Of a stretch of DNA of 64,000 nucleotides, positions 36,966 to 45,247 are shown piece by piece (the stretch's first letter is position 1; each line of letters starts with the position of its first letter). Origin of the DNA: Patescibacteria group bacterium (GTDB lineage Bacteria > Patescibacteriota > Minisyncoccia > UBA6257 > UBA11618); NCBI GenBank assembly GCA_043822345.1, contig JBDRBW010000008.1:2332-66331 (forward strand), written 5' to 3'. Made by a program: the position numbers and the translations under genes. Below the pieces are notes generated by a model, which saw nothing but the letters and a program-made list of their open reading frames with translations, was not told the origin of the DNA and searched no databases.

Positions 36966-38348
36966 ATGAAATTCAACATAAAAATAAGTACAAAAAAACG
37001 ACCAATCTGGGAGGTTCCTTTAATTATAGCGCTACTGGTAGTACTAGTGGGTACAACAGCCACATGGGAAGATCGCCCGGCTGTTACTAGGGCGCAAACT
37101 CCACCGTCACCACCATCAGCAGCAATAACCCAAGCGCAAGATGAGTTTGCGAGCTATATGGCGGCTATTCATATAATTAATAGTGGCTTTGAGACTACTA
37201 AAATAAGAGTGGGGATGGTTATAGGCAGAGAGACAAACTGGAAAGCGCTGATGGTACAGAACCAGTCGAGTATAGGTTTTCTTGGAAGTTGTCTTTATTG
37301 TGTAACAAATGCGATACGCTACTGCCGAAATAACGGTACTACATCAACCCCTGCGCAGGAAATTTCTAATGCCAATCAAAGAATTAACAATCTTCGAGGT
37401 TTATTTAATGGACCTTCGGGCAAGATGTATCTAGCGGAGAAGGAGCTAAAGAAGCCAATAAATCAGACGAATTGGCTCATGGTTGTTGATGCTATAGAAA
37501 CTGCAAACAATATGGTTACGAGTGTTAACGCAGTTGATATCTGTACCGATTATGTAGCCATGGAGGATCAGGCGATCATGACCGGTGCAAGTGTAGTCTT
37601 TACTGTTGCTACTGCTATTCTGATGCCACTGAGTGGCGCGGTAGCTGCTAGAATAGTTGGCGGCAGTGCCACTGCCGTTGCTCCGACCTCAGCCGGATTA
37701 ATGGCATCTGTCAAAGCGGGGGCTCTTTCCGGTGCCGTGCTATCGGGTGGATCATCTATTATTAATAACGTTAGCGACGCTGAGTTTGGTAAACAATCAT
37801 GGTTAAATGCGTCTCTTAATATCGCTGCCGACAGCACTATTGGTCTTGCTGTTGGCGCAGGTTTAGGGGGTGGATTTCATTTTGGAACGATGGGAATGAA
37901 AAAATTAGTGATTTGGTTGGCGGTGCGGATGCGGGCCAACCCAAATATAACTCCGGCACAGGTTAAGGGCTTGGTAGTAAGAGCTAATAGGGCTCAAGAA
38001 ATTAGAGGTACGGCAGCTAAATTAAAGAGCCAGATAGATGGTATGGAAACTAGTAATAATGCTCAAAAGGCTAAATTAGTTAGAGAGTGGACCGAGTTGG
38101 CTCGTCAGGCTGGAACTAAGGCTAACCAAAACAATTGCATAAGAGATAAAAAATTATCAAGTATTTTAAGGAGAATGAAGATTAAAGAGGCGGAGCTGGC
38201 GGATCTCCAGCTCGCTATCGATAGTGGTTTTGGTGGCAATGAGCCGTTCAGAAGATCAACTGCTCGGGCGGCACTTGCAGGTATGGAAGCGCAATATCAA
38301 GCTATATTAGGCGAAATAAACACAGCGTTTCCACCTCCTGCGCCATAA
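36966..38348 (+). CDS. N-terminally anchored hypothetical protein with Ala/Gly-rich and C-terminal coiled-coil regions
   Basis: Start MKFNIKISTKKRPIWEVPLIIALLVVLVG; 460 aa. The ORF-track start at 36870 is probably over-extended. Confidence 0.5.
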   Translation: MKFNIKISTKKRPIWEVPLIIALLVVLVGTTATWEDRPAVTRAQTPPSPPSAAITQAQDEFASYMAAIHIINSGFETTKIRVGMVIGRETNWKALMVQNQSSIGFLGSCLYCVTNAIRYCRNNGTTSTPAQEISNANQRINNLRGLFNGPSGKMYLAEKELKKPINQTNWLMVVDAIETANNMVTSVNAVDICTDYVAMEDQAIMTGASVVFTVATAILMPLSGAVAARIVGGSATAVAPTSAGLMASVKAGALSGAVLSGGSSIINNVSDAEFGKQSWLNASLNIAADSTIGLAVGAGLGGGFHFGTMGMKKLVIWLAVRMRANPNITPAQVKGLVVRANRAQEIRGTAAKLKSQIDGMETSNNAQKAKLVREWTELARQAGTKANQNNCIRDKKLSSILRRMKIKEAELADLQLAIDSGFGGNEPFRRSTARAALAGMEAQYQAILGEINTAFPPPAP

Positions 38349-38427
38349 TCTAACGCGCCGGGTCAGACTCGGCGCGTTTATTTTTTTATCCACAGAGTTG
38401 TTTGTGGTACACTTAAATCACAAAGCA

Positions 38428-38536
38428 GTCATTTCGAGCTTGTCGAGAAATCTCATAATCGTCGTAATAAAGTTGATGAGATCCTTCGATATGCTCCCGC
38501 CGAAGGCGAGGCTCGCCCTTATGGGCGGCAGGATGA
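38428..38536. repeat. Family-1 variant/composite element abutting the pilT start
   Basis: Reads gtcatttcgagcttgtcgagaaatctcat ... gctcccgccgaaggcgaggctcgcccttatgggcggcaggatgacg. One module is the reverse complement of a module in the 17164-17286 copy. Confidence 0.7.
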
Positions 38537-38547
38537 CGAATGACGAT

Positions 38548-39618
38548 ATGGATTACAAAACTAAACTTAACGAGCTGCTACTGGTAACAGCGCGGCAAAA
38601 TGCGTCGGATTTACACATCAGCGTTGGCCGCCGCCCGATTTTGAGAATAGATGGCCGATTAATTCCGCTAGAGAAGGAACCAATTATTACTCCGGAAATC
38701 GCCGAGGGGTTGGTTATTGCTATGCTTTCCACTGAGCAAAAAACGCGTTTTCTTAAGGAGAAGGAGATTGACCTCTCTTACGCTTTTGAAGACAAGGCGC
38801 GTTTTCGTGTCAATGTCTTTTTTCAAAAAGGTTTTATGGCCGCCGCCTTGCGCTTAATTCCCTCCCACATCAAGACCGTTGAAGAACTTAATCTACCGCC
38901 GATTCTTCATGATTTTACTAAGCTGTCGCAGGGCTTTGTTTTGGTAGTTGGTCCAGCTGGCCACGGCAAATCAACCACTTTAGCGGCTCTCATTGATGAA
39001 ATTAATAAAAACCGCACCGAACACATTATCACCATTGAAGATCCGGTAGAATATCTCTTTACTCAAGACCGCTCCATTATCTCTCAAAGAGAAGTGCGTC
39101 AAGACACTATTGATTTCCATCACGCTCTCAAGTCGGTTCTGCGCCAAGACCCCGATGTCTTGATGATCGGCGAGATGCGCGACCGCGAGTCAATGGCGAC
39201 GGCGATGACTGCCGCCGAGACTGGCCACCTTGTTTTCTCTACTCTACACACCAATTCCGCCGCCCAAACCGTTGACCGCATCATTGATAGTTTTCCCGCC
39301 GAACAGCAGGGGCAAATTACCTCGCAACTAGCAGGTACATTGGTGGCTATTATCTCCGAACGTCTGCTTCCGCGGGTTGATGGCGGCCGGGTTCCGGCTA
39401 CCGAGGTAATGATTGTCAACTCCGCCATTCGTAATTTAATTAGAGAAAACAAGGCCTATCAGATTGACTTGGTCATTGAAACCAGCTTACAAGAGGGGAT
39501 GGTTACTCTTAATCGTTCGCTGGCTAATCTGGTGAAGAAACGGGTTATTGCATTGGAGCAGGCGGAAAGCTATTCGCTTAATCCATCGGAGTTGAGAATA
39601 TTAATAGAGAAAGTATAA
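38548..39618 (+). CDS. pilT: Twitching-motility ATPase PilT (start at MDYKTKL; an alternative ATG at 38533 lies inside the repeat)
   Basis: Walker A GPAGHGKSTTLAA, ASDLHI, His box. The tracked ORF from 38398 translates through the repeat and is over-extended. Confidence 0.85.
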   Translation: MDYKTKLNELLLVTARQNASDLHISVGRRPILRIDGRLIPLEKEPIITPEIAEGLVIAMLSTEQKTRFLKEKEIDLSYAFEDKARFRVNVFFQKGFMAAALRLIPSHIKTVEELNLPPILHDFTKLSQGFVLVVGPAGHGKSTTLAALIDEINKNRTEHIITIEDPVEYLFTQDRSIISQREVRQDTIDFHHALKSVLRQDPDVLMIGEMRDRESMATAMTAAETGHLVFSTLHTNSAAQTVDRIIDSFPAEQQGQITSQLAGTLVAIISERLLPRVDGGRVPATEVMIVNSAIRNLIRENKAYQIDLVIETSLQEGMVTLNRSLANLVKKRVIALEQAESYSLNPSELRILIEKV

Positions 39619-39624
39619 CACATC

Positions 39625-39706
39625 GTCATCCTGAGGGCGAAGTCGAGTCTGACTCGACGTAGCCCGAAGGATCTTTAAAAAGATTCTTCACCTTGTTCAG
39701 AATGAC
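39625..39706. repeat. Family-1 palindromic element
   Basis: Reads gtcatcctgagggcgaagtcgagtctgactcgacgtagcccgaaggatctttaaaaagattcttcaccttgttcagaatgac. Confidence 0.7.
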
Positions 39707-39720
39707 ACAATAAACGTCAT

Positions 39721-40929
39721 ATGAAATTCAAATATAGCGCCAGAACAAAAACGGGGGAGATGCAGGTGGGTAATATTGAGGCCGTCAACCGCGAAGCGGC
39801 TTTGGCGACTCTTAATAGCCATGATCTTTATGTTTTAAGTTTAGAAGGCGAGGCGCCGGCGGTTTGGTATAACCGATTATTGAGTATTTTTAATCGTGTT
39901 AAGCGCAGTGAACTGATGATTTTTACCCGGCAATTTGCCACTATGCTTGACGCTTCCATTCCGCTCAACGATGCCCTCAAAAGCTTATATCGCCAGACCA
40001 GAAATCCTATCCTCAAAGAGGCGGTCTTTGATATCTCCTCCGATATTGATTCCGGGTTGTCGCTATCTCAAGCGCTGGAAAGGCAGGCGCACATCTTTTC
40101 CGAATTTTATATTAATTTAATTAAATCAGCTGAAGTAACCGGCGAGGTGGAGGCGGCCGCCAATTTTTTGGCTGATTATTTGGAAAAAGAGCAGGCGCTG
40201 GTCTCTAAAATTCGTAATGCGATGATTTACCCCACTTTTGTCATCGTTCTTTTTGTTATTACTAGCGCCGTGCTTATTGGCGTGGTTTTCCCCCAGTTGG
40301 AGCCGGTTTTTACCGAAGCGCAGGTGGAATTACCGCTTATTAGCCAGATATTTTTAGGTATGGGTAATTTTGTGGCCAGTTGGTGGCTAATCATTATCAT
40401 CGTTGCCATTATTATAATTGTGTTGTTAATTGACTATTTCCGCAGTGATGAGGGCAGAGTGGTTTGGGATCAGCTGGTAATGAGCTTACCGGTATTTGGC
40501 AAATTACTGCGCCAGTCATATGTGGCCCGTTTTGCCGAGGCCACCAGCGTTTTGATTAAAGGCGGTATTCCCATCGCGCAGGCGATTGAAGTCGGTTCGC
40601 ATACTATCGGCAGTTTTATTTATCAGGATGTGCTAAAAGATGTCGCTAATCGGGTGCGCCGCGGCGAATTATTATCCCAGGCGCTGGAGAGCAACGACGA
40701 GTACTTTCCGCCGTTAGTTAGTCAGATGGTGGCGATTGGCGAGAAAACCGGCCGCTTAGAGCCGATGCTGTCCAAGGTTTATGATTTCTATAGCCGGGAA
40801 ATAAACAATTTGGTGGAAAATCTGGTTGAATTAATCCAACCGATATTGATATTAATAATCGGCGCCTTTGTCGGTCTGTTATTTGCCTCAATTCTTCTGC
40901 CGATTTACAATTTAGTTCAGGTATTTTGA
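39721..40929 (+). CDS. pilC: Type IV pilus inner-membrane platform protein PilC (GspF family)
   Basis: 402 aa with two GspF-like repeats, three TM segments, and an N-terminus typical of PilC. Confidence 0.85.
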   Translation: MKFKYSARTKTGEMQVGNIEAVNREAALATLNSHDLYVLSLEGEAPAVWYNRLLSIFNRVKRSELMIFTRQFATMLDASIPLNDALKSLYRQTRNPILKEAVFDISSDIDSGLSLSQALERQAHIFSEFYINLIKSAEVTGEVEAAANFLADYLEKEQALVSKIRNAMIYPTFVIVLFVITSAVLIGVVFPQLEPVFTEAQVELPLISQIFLGMGNFVASWWLIIIIVAIIIIVLLIDYFRSDEGRVVWDQLVMSLPVFGKLLRQSYVARFAEATSVLIKGGIPIAQAIEVGSHTIGSFIYQDVLKDVANRVRRGELLSQALESNDEYFPPLVSQMVAIGEKTGRLEPMLSKVYDFYSREINNLVENLVELIQPILILIIGAFVGLLFASILLPIYNLVQVF

Positions 40930-40938
40930 CGGCTTCGC

Positions 40939-40986
40939 CGTCATCCTGAGCAGAGCGTAGCGTAGTCGAAGGATCTTGTGTATAAT
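40939..40986 (+). promoter_or_regulatory. Half family-1 element followed by an extended -10 (TGTGTATAAT) placing the TSS at or near the pilin ATG
   Basis: gtcatcctgagcagagcgtagcgtagtcgaaggatc, then ttgtgTATAATaaaaagATG. Possible leaderless pilin mRNA. Confidence 0.5.
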
Positions 40987-40992
40987 AAAAAG

Positions 40993-41433
40993 ATGAACAA
41001 CAAAAAGGGATTCACCTTAATTGAGTTATTAGTCGTAATATTTATCATTGGCCTCTTGGCATCGGTAGTGCTAGTTGGCTTAGGCACCTTCCGGGCGCGC
41101 GGACGCGATGCTCGCCGGATAGCCGACCTTCGTTCCACGCAGAATATTCTGGAGCTTTATTACGCCAAAAGTGGCCAGTATCCCAATGTTGGCAGTTGGA
41201 GTGATTTGAAAAACGAGCTAGTGGGCGCCAGTATCGGTGTCAGCGCTATTCCCAACGATCCCAGTAGTGGCGAGGACTATCAGTATGGCACCAGCGCCAG
41301 TAATCAGAGTTATGCTTTAGGGGCTAAATTGGAAGATGTAGACCACCCCGTCTTGAGGGACGATGTTGACGGCGGTGGAGGCAGTAATTACGGTGTTAAT
41401 TGTGATGACCCAGTTTACTGCGTTAAGTTTTAG
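40993..41433 (+). CDS. pilA: Major type IV pilin (prepilin; leader MNNKKG|FTLIELLVV)
   Basis: Class III signal with G-1/F+1/E+5 and a hydrophobic N-terminal helix. 146 aa. Confidence 0.8.
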   Translation: MNNKKGFTLIELLVVIFIIGLLASVVLVGLGTFRARGRDARRIADLRSTQNILELYYAKSGQYPNVGSWSDLKNELVGASIGVSAIPNDPSSGEDYQYGTSASNQSYALGAKLEDVDHPVLRDDVDGGGGSNYGVNCDDPVYCVKF

Positions 41434-42313
41434 TATAATTCTCTTTCTCTTCGGTTTAAGCATCGGCAGTTTTCTTAATGTGGTGGCTTTGCGTTATCGT
41501 GGCGCCGGCCGTCTTTTTAGCTTTAAAAAAAAACGTTCTCATTGTCCTTATTGTGATAAAGCATTGGCGTGGTATGAATTAATACCGCTTCTTAGTTTTG
41601 TTATCCAATTTGGCAGATGTCACCATTGTGATCAACGTCTTTCTTGGCAGTATCCTTTGGGCGAGTTATTAGGCGGCTTGGTATTATTATTACCGGTTTA
41701 TTTTTACAACTATTACGACATTTTCCACCGCGCGCTGGTTGGTGAGATAATCTGGCCTTATTATGTTCTTATCGCTGTTTGGACATTAGCCGCTCTGGCG
41801 ATGCTTTTATTAACGCTTATTGATTGGCATCTCAAAATCATCCCCGACCAAATTAATTTATTTTTATTGAGTTTGGGAATTGTCGGCGCCGTCATCTTGA
41901 GCGGAACGAGCGTAGCGAGTGGAGTCGAAAGATCTCATAATCTTTCATTTTTAGAGAACTACGCCGAAATCTTTGGCGGTCCCTCCAGTATTTGGCTTAA
42001 CCACCTGATGGCGGCGGCGGTTGGTCTGCTGTTTTTCGGCTTTATTATTGTCGCTAGCCGTGGCCGGGCGATGGGGGTCGGCGACCTCAAACTAGCCGGC
42101 GCTCTCGGCCTTCTTCTTGGCTGGCCGGACATTATTCTTACCATCGCTAGTTCCTTCGTCGTCGGCTCGCTCTGGGGCATCTATCTCTTAATTTTCAAAA
42201 GCAAGACCCTCAAATCCACTGTTCCTTTCGGCCCCTTCCTCGTCATCGGCGTCTTCATCACCATCTTTTTCGGCCACGATCTAGCCAGCTGGTACTTCTC
42301 ACTTATGTTATAA
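41405..42313 (+). CDS. pilD: Prepilin peptidase PilD (A24 family), carrying an in-frame insertion derived from a family-1 element
   Basis: CPYC...CHHC zinc motif; catalytic Asp in LIDWHLKIIPD and in GVGDLKL. Start inferred at MTQFTALSF. Confidence 0.75.
   Translation: MTQFTALSFSIILFLFGLSIGSFLNVVALRYRGAGRLFSFKKKRSHCPYCDKALAWYELIPLLSFVIQFGRCHHCDQRLSWQYPLGELLGGLVLLLPVYFYNYYDIFHRALVGEIIWPYYVLIAVWTLAALAMLLLTLIDWHLKIIPDQINLFLLSLGIVGAVILSGTSVASGVERSHNLSFLENYAEIFGGPSSIWLNHLMAAAVGLLFFGFIIVASRGRAMGVGDLKLAGALGLLLGWPDIILTIASSFVVGSLWGIYLLIFKSKTLKSTVPFGPFLVIGVFITIFFGHDLASWYFSLML
41891..41948. repeat. Family-1-like element inside the pilD coding frame
   Basis: gtcatcttgagcggaacgagcgtagcgagtggagtcgaaagatctcataatctttcatt encodes ~VILSGTSVASGVERSHNLSF between the two catalytic Asp motifs. 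Confidence 0.6.
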
Positions 42314-42320
42314 TCACCAT

Positions 42321-42839
42321 ATGAATCGTGGGTTTACTTTAATAGAATCTTTGGTGGTGATTAGTTTGTTGGCGATTATGACATCTTTGCTGGTTTTGTA
42401 TAATCGCACTGGTGAGAAGCAGTTGATTTTAATTAAGGAAAAAGCGCAAATCGTTAGCATTATTCTAAAAGCGAAAAATCTTTCTTTTGGAGCGCTGGTA
42501 GAAGACGCCGGTACGGAAATAGTTTGCGGTTACGGCGTTTATCTGGAGGGGCGGCAATATTTTATCTATCGTGATTTAGCCGGCGATTGCGCTCTAAGCG
42601 ACCACCGCTATACACCCGACGTTGATGGCATTTTAACCAATGACAGCTTTACCTTGCCGGTGGCGCTGGAGTTTTCTGAGCTAGAAATGAATGATATTTT
42701 ATTTCAGCCGCCCACCCCAGACATTTTCTTTGATGGCAGTTTAGCTTTAGCGGCAAAAACTATTAAGTTGGCTGATTTAGAAAGAACAATCGAAGCCGAA
42801 ATAATTATCAATCATGCCGGACAAATTAACACTAATTAA
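42321..42839 (+). CDS. Minor pilin / pseudopilin (leader MNRG|FTLIESLVV)
   Basis: Prepilin-type N-terminal cleavage/methylation motif. Confidence 0.65.
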   Translation: MNRGFTLIESLVVISLLAIMTSLLVLYNRTGEKQLILIKEKAQIVSIILKAKNLSFGALVEDAGTEIVCGYGVYLEGRQYFIYRDLAGDCALSDHRYTPDVDGILTNDSFTLPVALEFSELEMNDILFQPPTPDIFFDGSLALAAKTIKLADLERTIEAEIIINHAGQINTN

Positions 42840-42841
42840 TC

Positions 42842-43351
42842 ATGAAAACCCTATACCCTAAACCCTATACCCTAAACCCTAAAAATGGTTACATTCTTGT
42901 GGAATCGGTGGTGGCGATGACGATAGTTGTTGTCGGTCTTTTGGGCATCTTTTCTTTACTTTCCCAATCACTAAGCTTGAATCGGGTGGTGGGGGATAGA
43001 TATGTGGGCACTTACTTGGCGGCCGAGGGTATTGAGGTGGCGAAGAATATTATTGACAATAATATCGTCAACAGCCGCCCTTGGAACGCCGGTTTTAGCA
43101 ACGGCTCATTTGAGGTTGATTTTGATAGCTTGAGCTTGGAAAGTAATCTTAACCGCTACATCAAGCTTGACTCGCCTAATGGCCGTTATGGTTATCGCGA
43201 TGGCGCCGACACTCGTTTCAAAAGAACGATTAAGATTGAGTTATTAGGTAGCGGTGAGGAAATCAAGGTTAATTCTGTTGTTAAGTGGCTTAGCCGTGGC
43301 GAAGCCGACTTTAAGGTCGATTTAGAAGACCACTTCTTTAACTGGCGTTAA
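42842..43351 (+). CDS. Minor pilin / pseudopilin (leader MKTLYPKPYTLNPKNG|YILVESVVA)
   Basis: Prepilin motif. The leader is encoded by CCCTAAA/CCCTATA simple repeats. Confidence 0.6.
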   Translation: MKTLYPKPYTLNPKNGYILVESVVAMTIVVVGLLGIFSLLSQSLSLNRVVGDRYVGTYLAAEGIEVAKNIIDNNIVNSRPWNAGFSNGSFEVDFDSLSLESNLNRYIKLDSPNGRYGYRDGADTRFKRTIKIELLGSGEEIKVNSVVKWLSRGEADFKVDLEDHFFNWR

Positions 43352-43860
43352 TGATCACAAAAACACAAAAACACAAAAACACCCGTGGCTTCACTATGAT
43401 CGAATTACTGGTTGCTACCACTCTTTTTGTGGTGGTGATTGGCATTGCTTCAGGTCTGTTTATCCAATCATTGCGTAGCCAGCGGGCGACGATGGCGCTG
43501 ATGGCCGCCAACGATAACGCCAGTTTAACTTTAGAGCAGATGTCGCGGGAGATTCGCATCGGTTCAATGTTTTCCACCAATAGCGATGGCACGCAGTTGA
43601 GTTTTACCAGTCAGCGCTCTGGCGCGGTAATTTACCGCTTTGACGACGCTAATGGCTTGATAGAAAGAAACGGCATCGCGCTTACTAGTGACAATGTTGA
43701 AGTCGTTTATTTATATTTTGATTTGATGGGCGAGGAGTTGGGCGATGGCCAGTCAACGCGCGTGACTATTCGTCTGGGAGTGAGCGCTAATGATGAGCGC
43801 GCTCAAGATATTGTTACTCGTTTACAAACAACAGTTAGTTCCCGTCAACTTGACACTTAA
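43351..43860 (+). CDS. Minor pilin / pseudopilin (leader MITKTQKHKNTRG|FTMIELLVA)
   Basis: Prepilin motif. The leader is encoded by ACACAAAAAC repeats (family-2 element) flanked by a direct ATGATC repeat. Confidence 0.6.
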   Translation: MITKTQKHKNTRGFTMIELLVATTLFVVVIGIASGLFIQSLRSQRATMALMAANDNASLTLEQMSREIRIGSMFSTNSDGTQLSFTSQRSGAVIYRFDDANGLIERNGIALTSDNVEVVYLYFDLMGEELGDGQSTRVTIRLGVSANDERAQDIVTRLQTTVSSRQLDT

Positions 43861-43862
43861 TC

Positions 43863-43945
43863 ATGAAAACACAAAAACACAAAAGCACCCGGCCTTCGGC
43901 CTCAAAACACATGAATAATTGTTTTCGTGTTTTCGTGTTTTCGTG
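43863..43945. repeat. Family-2 element (ACACAAAAAC direct repeats, GGCCTTCGGCC hairpin, inverted TTTTCGTGTTTTCGTG repeats)
   Basis: Read directly. Related copies lie at 43351-43395 and 50950-51033. Confidence 0.6.
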
Positions 43946-43965
43946 TTTTCGTGAACAAGGGCAGG

Positions 43966-44336
43966 TGATGTTACTGACGGTGCTAATAATCTCCGGCACA
44001 ATTTTAGGTACCACCACTCTGGCGGGCTTACTGATGCTCAATCAGATTCGGCAGGCGACCAATGTAATGTATTCCACACAGGCGATTTTTGCCGCCGAGG
44101 CGGGAATGGAGTGGCAATTTTATAATTTACTTAAAGATTCCACCTATCCCGAACCGGAGCTGGAAAATGCCGATTTTGTTACCAAACAGGTTTTTGGCGA
44201 TGAGTTTTTGGAATTTCACTCTGTCGGTTGCGCCGGCTTTGACCGCCGAAGCCTTGGCGAAGGCGGTTCCAGTCCTTCAACTTGCCCCCGTCCCATTAAT
44301 CGCTCCCTACAGGTGTTTTTGGAGTTGAGGACTTGA
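43966..44336 (+). CDS. Pilin-like/PilX-like hydrophobic N-terminus protein (start inferred downstream of the repeat)
   Basis: MLLTVLIISGTILGTTTLAGLLML, with no canonical G|F..E site. The ORF-track start at 43863 translates the repeat. Confidence 0.3.
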
Positions 44337-44339
44337 TGA

Positions 44340-44590
44340 CACCGCCGCAGTTGGTAATTCATTTAACGACCACTTCGATTACTAATAAAACTAACTTCGC
44401 TCCGAATAATTTTATCAAGAAAACGAAAAACTCGACCACATACTTAAATATCAGCGATCGCTGATATTTAAGTATGTGGTGCTTAAACAGTTTGGTTTTC
44501 TAAAATAAAATTATTCTCTACTCGTTAGTTTTATAAGTAACTGCGTTTCGCTTTTAGTCTTTTAAATGAATTACCAACTGCGGCGGTGTT
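44340..44590. mobile_element. MITE-like element: 28-bp perfect terminal inverted repeats enclosing ~195 bp that include a 44-bp perfect palindrome
   Basis: TIR acaccgccgcagttggtaattcatttaa / ttaaatgaattaccaactgcggcggtgt. Internal palindrome ccacatacttaaatatcagcgatcgctgatatttaagtatgtgg (44437-44480). Confidence 0.6.
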
Positions 44591-44607
44591 TATAATATAC
44601 GTCGATA

Positions 44608-44636
44608 TTGACAAAAACACTATTATTTGTTATAAT
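44608..44636 (+). promoter_or_regulatory. Consensus sigma70 promoter (TTGACA, 17 bp spacer, TATAAT)
   Basis: Reads ttgacaaaaacactattatttgttataat, just upstream of the 44675 gene. Confidence 0.55.
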
Positions 44637-44674
44637 GTCAAACAGAACATGGGGCAGGAGTTTGTCTCAAGTCG

Positions 44675-45082
44675 TTGAAAATTTTGCAAGGGAGAAAGAA
44701 GATGCTAGAGAAGACGAAGAGTGGTAATGGTGGAGCGACAAGTACTGGGATGCTCACCTGTTTTGTTGGTACCGCAATGCTGCTGCTAGTGTTGTTTATT
44801 GCCATGTCGGTGCAAATCTGGGAATCGCGAAAAGTCATTGACAGCAACAACCAGCAGGCGACCAGCGTGGCTATCAATCCCGACGGCACCGGCACAGGCG
44901 TTATCCGCTTCAAATTTCAGGTGGATGACCCCGAGCGGTTCAACTGCGCCGTCTTGGAGGCGTTGAATAGCCGTCTGGGAGCAGGCGCGGTATCCGATGG
45001 TCCCAAGATTGATCTGGGCGACATTGAGCCGCTTCAACCCTTACCGCCGCACGAAGACGCAAGCGCGAAGCAGAACGAGTAG
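44675..45082 (+). CDS. Hypothetical membrane protein (135 aa; alternative start at 44702)
   Basis: Single TM (LTCFVGTAMLLLVLFIAM); no domain recognised. Confidence 0.4.
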   Translation: MKILQGRKKMLEKTKSGNGGATSTGMLTCFVGTAMLLLVLFIAMSVQIWESRKVIDSNNQQATSVAINPDGTGTGVIRFKFQVDDPERFNCAVLEALNSRLGAGAVSDGPKIDLGDIEPLQPLPPHEDASAKQNE

Positions 45083-45095
45083 CGGCAGACTCCAA

Positions 45096-45131
45096 CCCCA
45101 TCCTCGCCATTGGCGGGAATGGGGTTTTTTG
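45096..45131 (+). terminator. Intrinsic terminator (GC-rich imperfect hairpin + T6)
   Basis: Reads ccccatcctcgccattggcgggaatggggtttttt. Confidence 0.45.
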
Positions 45132-45156
45132 TTACTATTTAGGTAATCGTTTCTCT

Positions 45157-45236
45157 GTCATTCTGAGGTGAAGCTGAGTCTGACTCGGCGAAGCCGAAGA
45201 ATCTTAAAAAGATTCTTCACCAGCGTTCAGAATGAC
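45157..45236. repeat. Family-1 palindromic element
   Basis: Reads gtcattctgaggtgaagctgagtctgactcggcgaagccgaagaatcttaaaaagattcttcaccagcgttcagaatgac. Confidence 0.7.
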
Positions 45237-45247
45237 CGACCGAATAC

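Noticed and set aside
38398-38547. N-terminal 50 aa of the tracked PilT ORF
   Set aside because: This stretch is the translation of the family-1 repeat. The conserved PilT N-terminus begins at MDYKTKLNELL.
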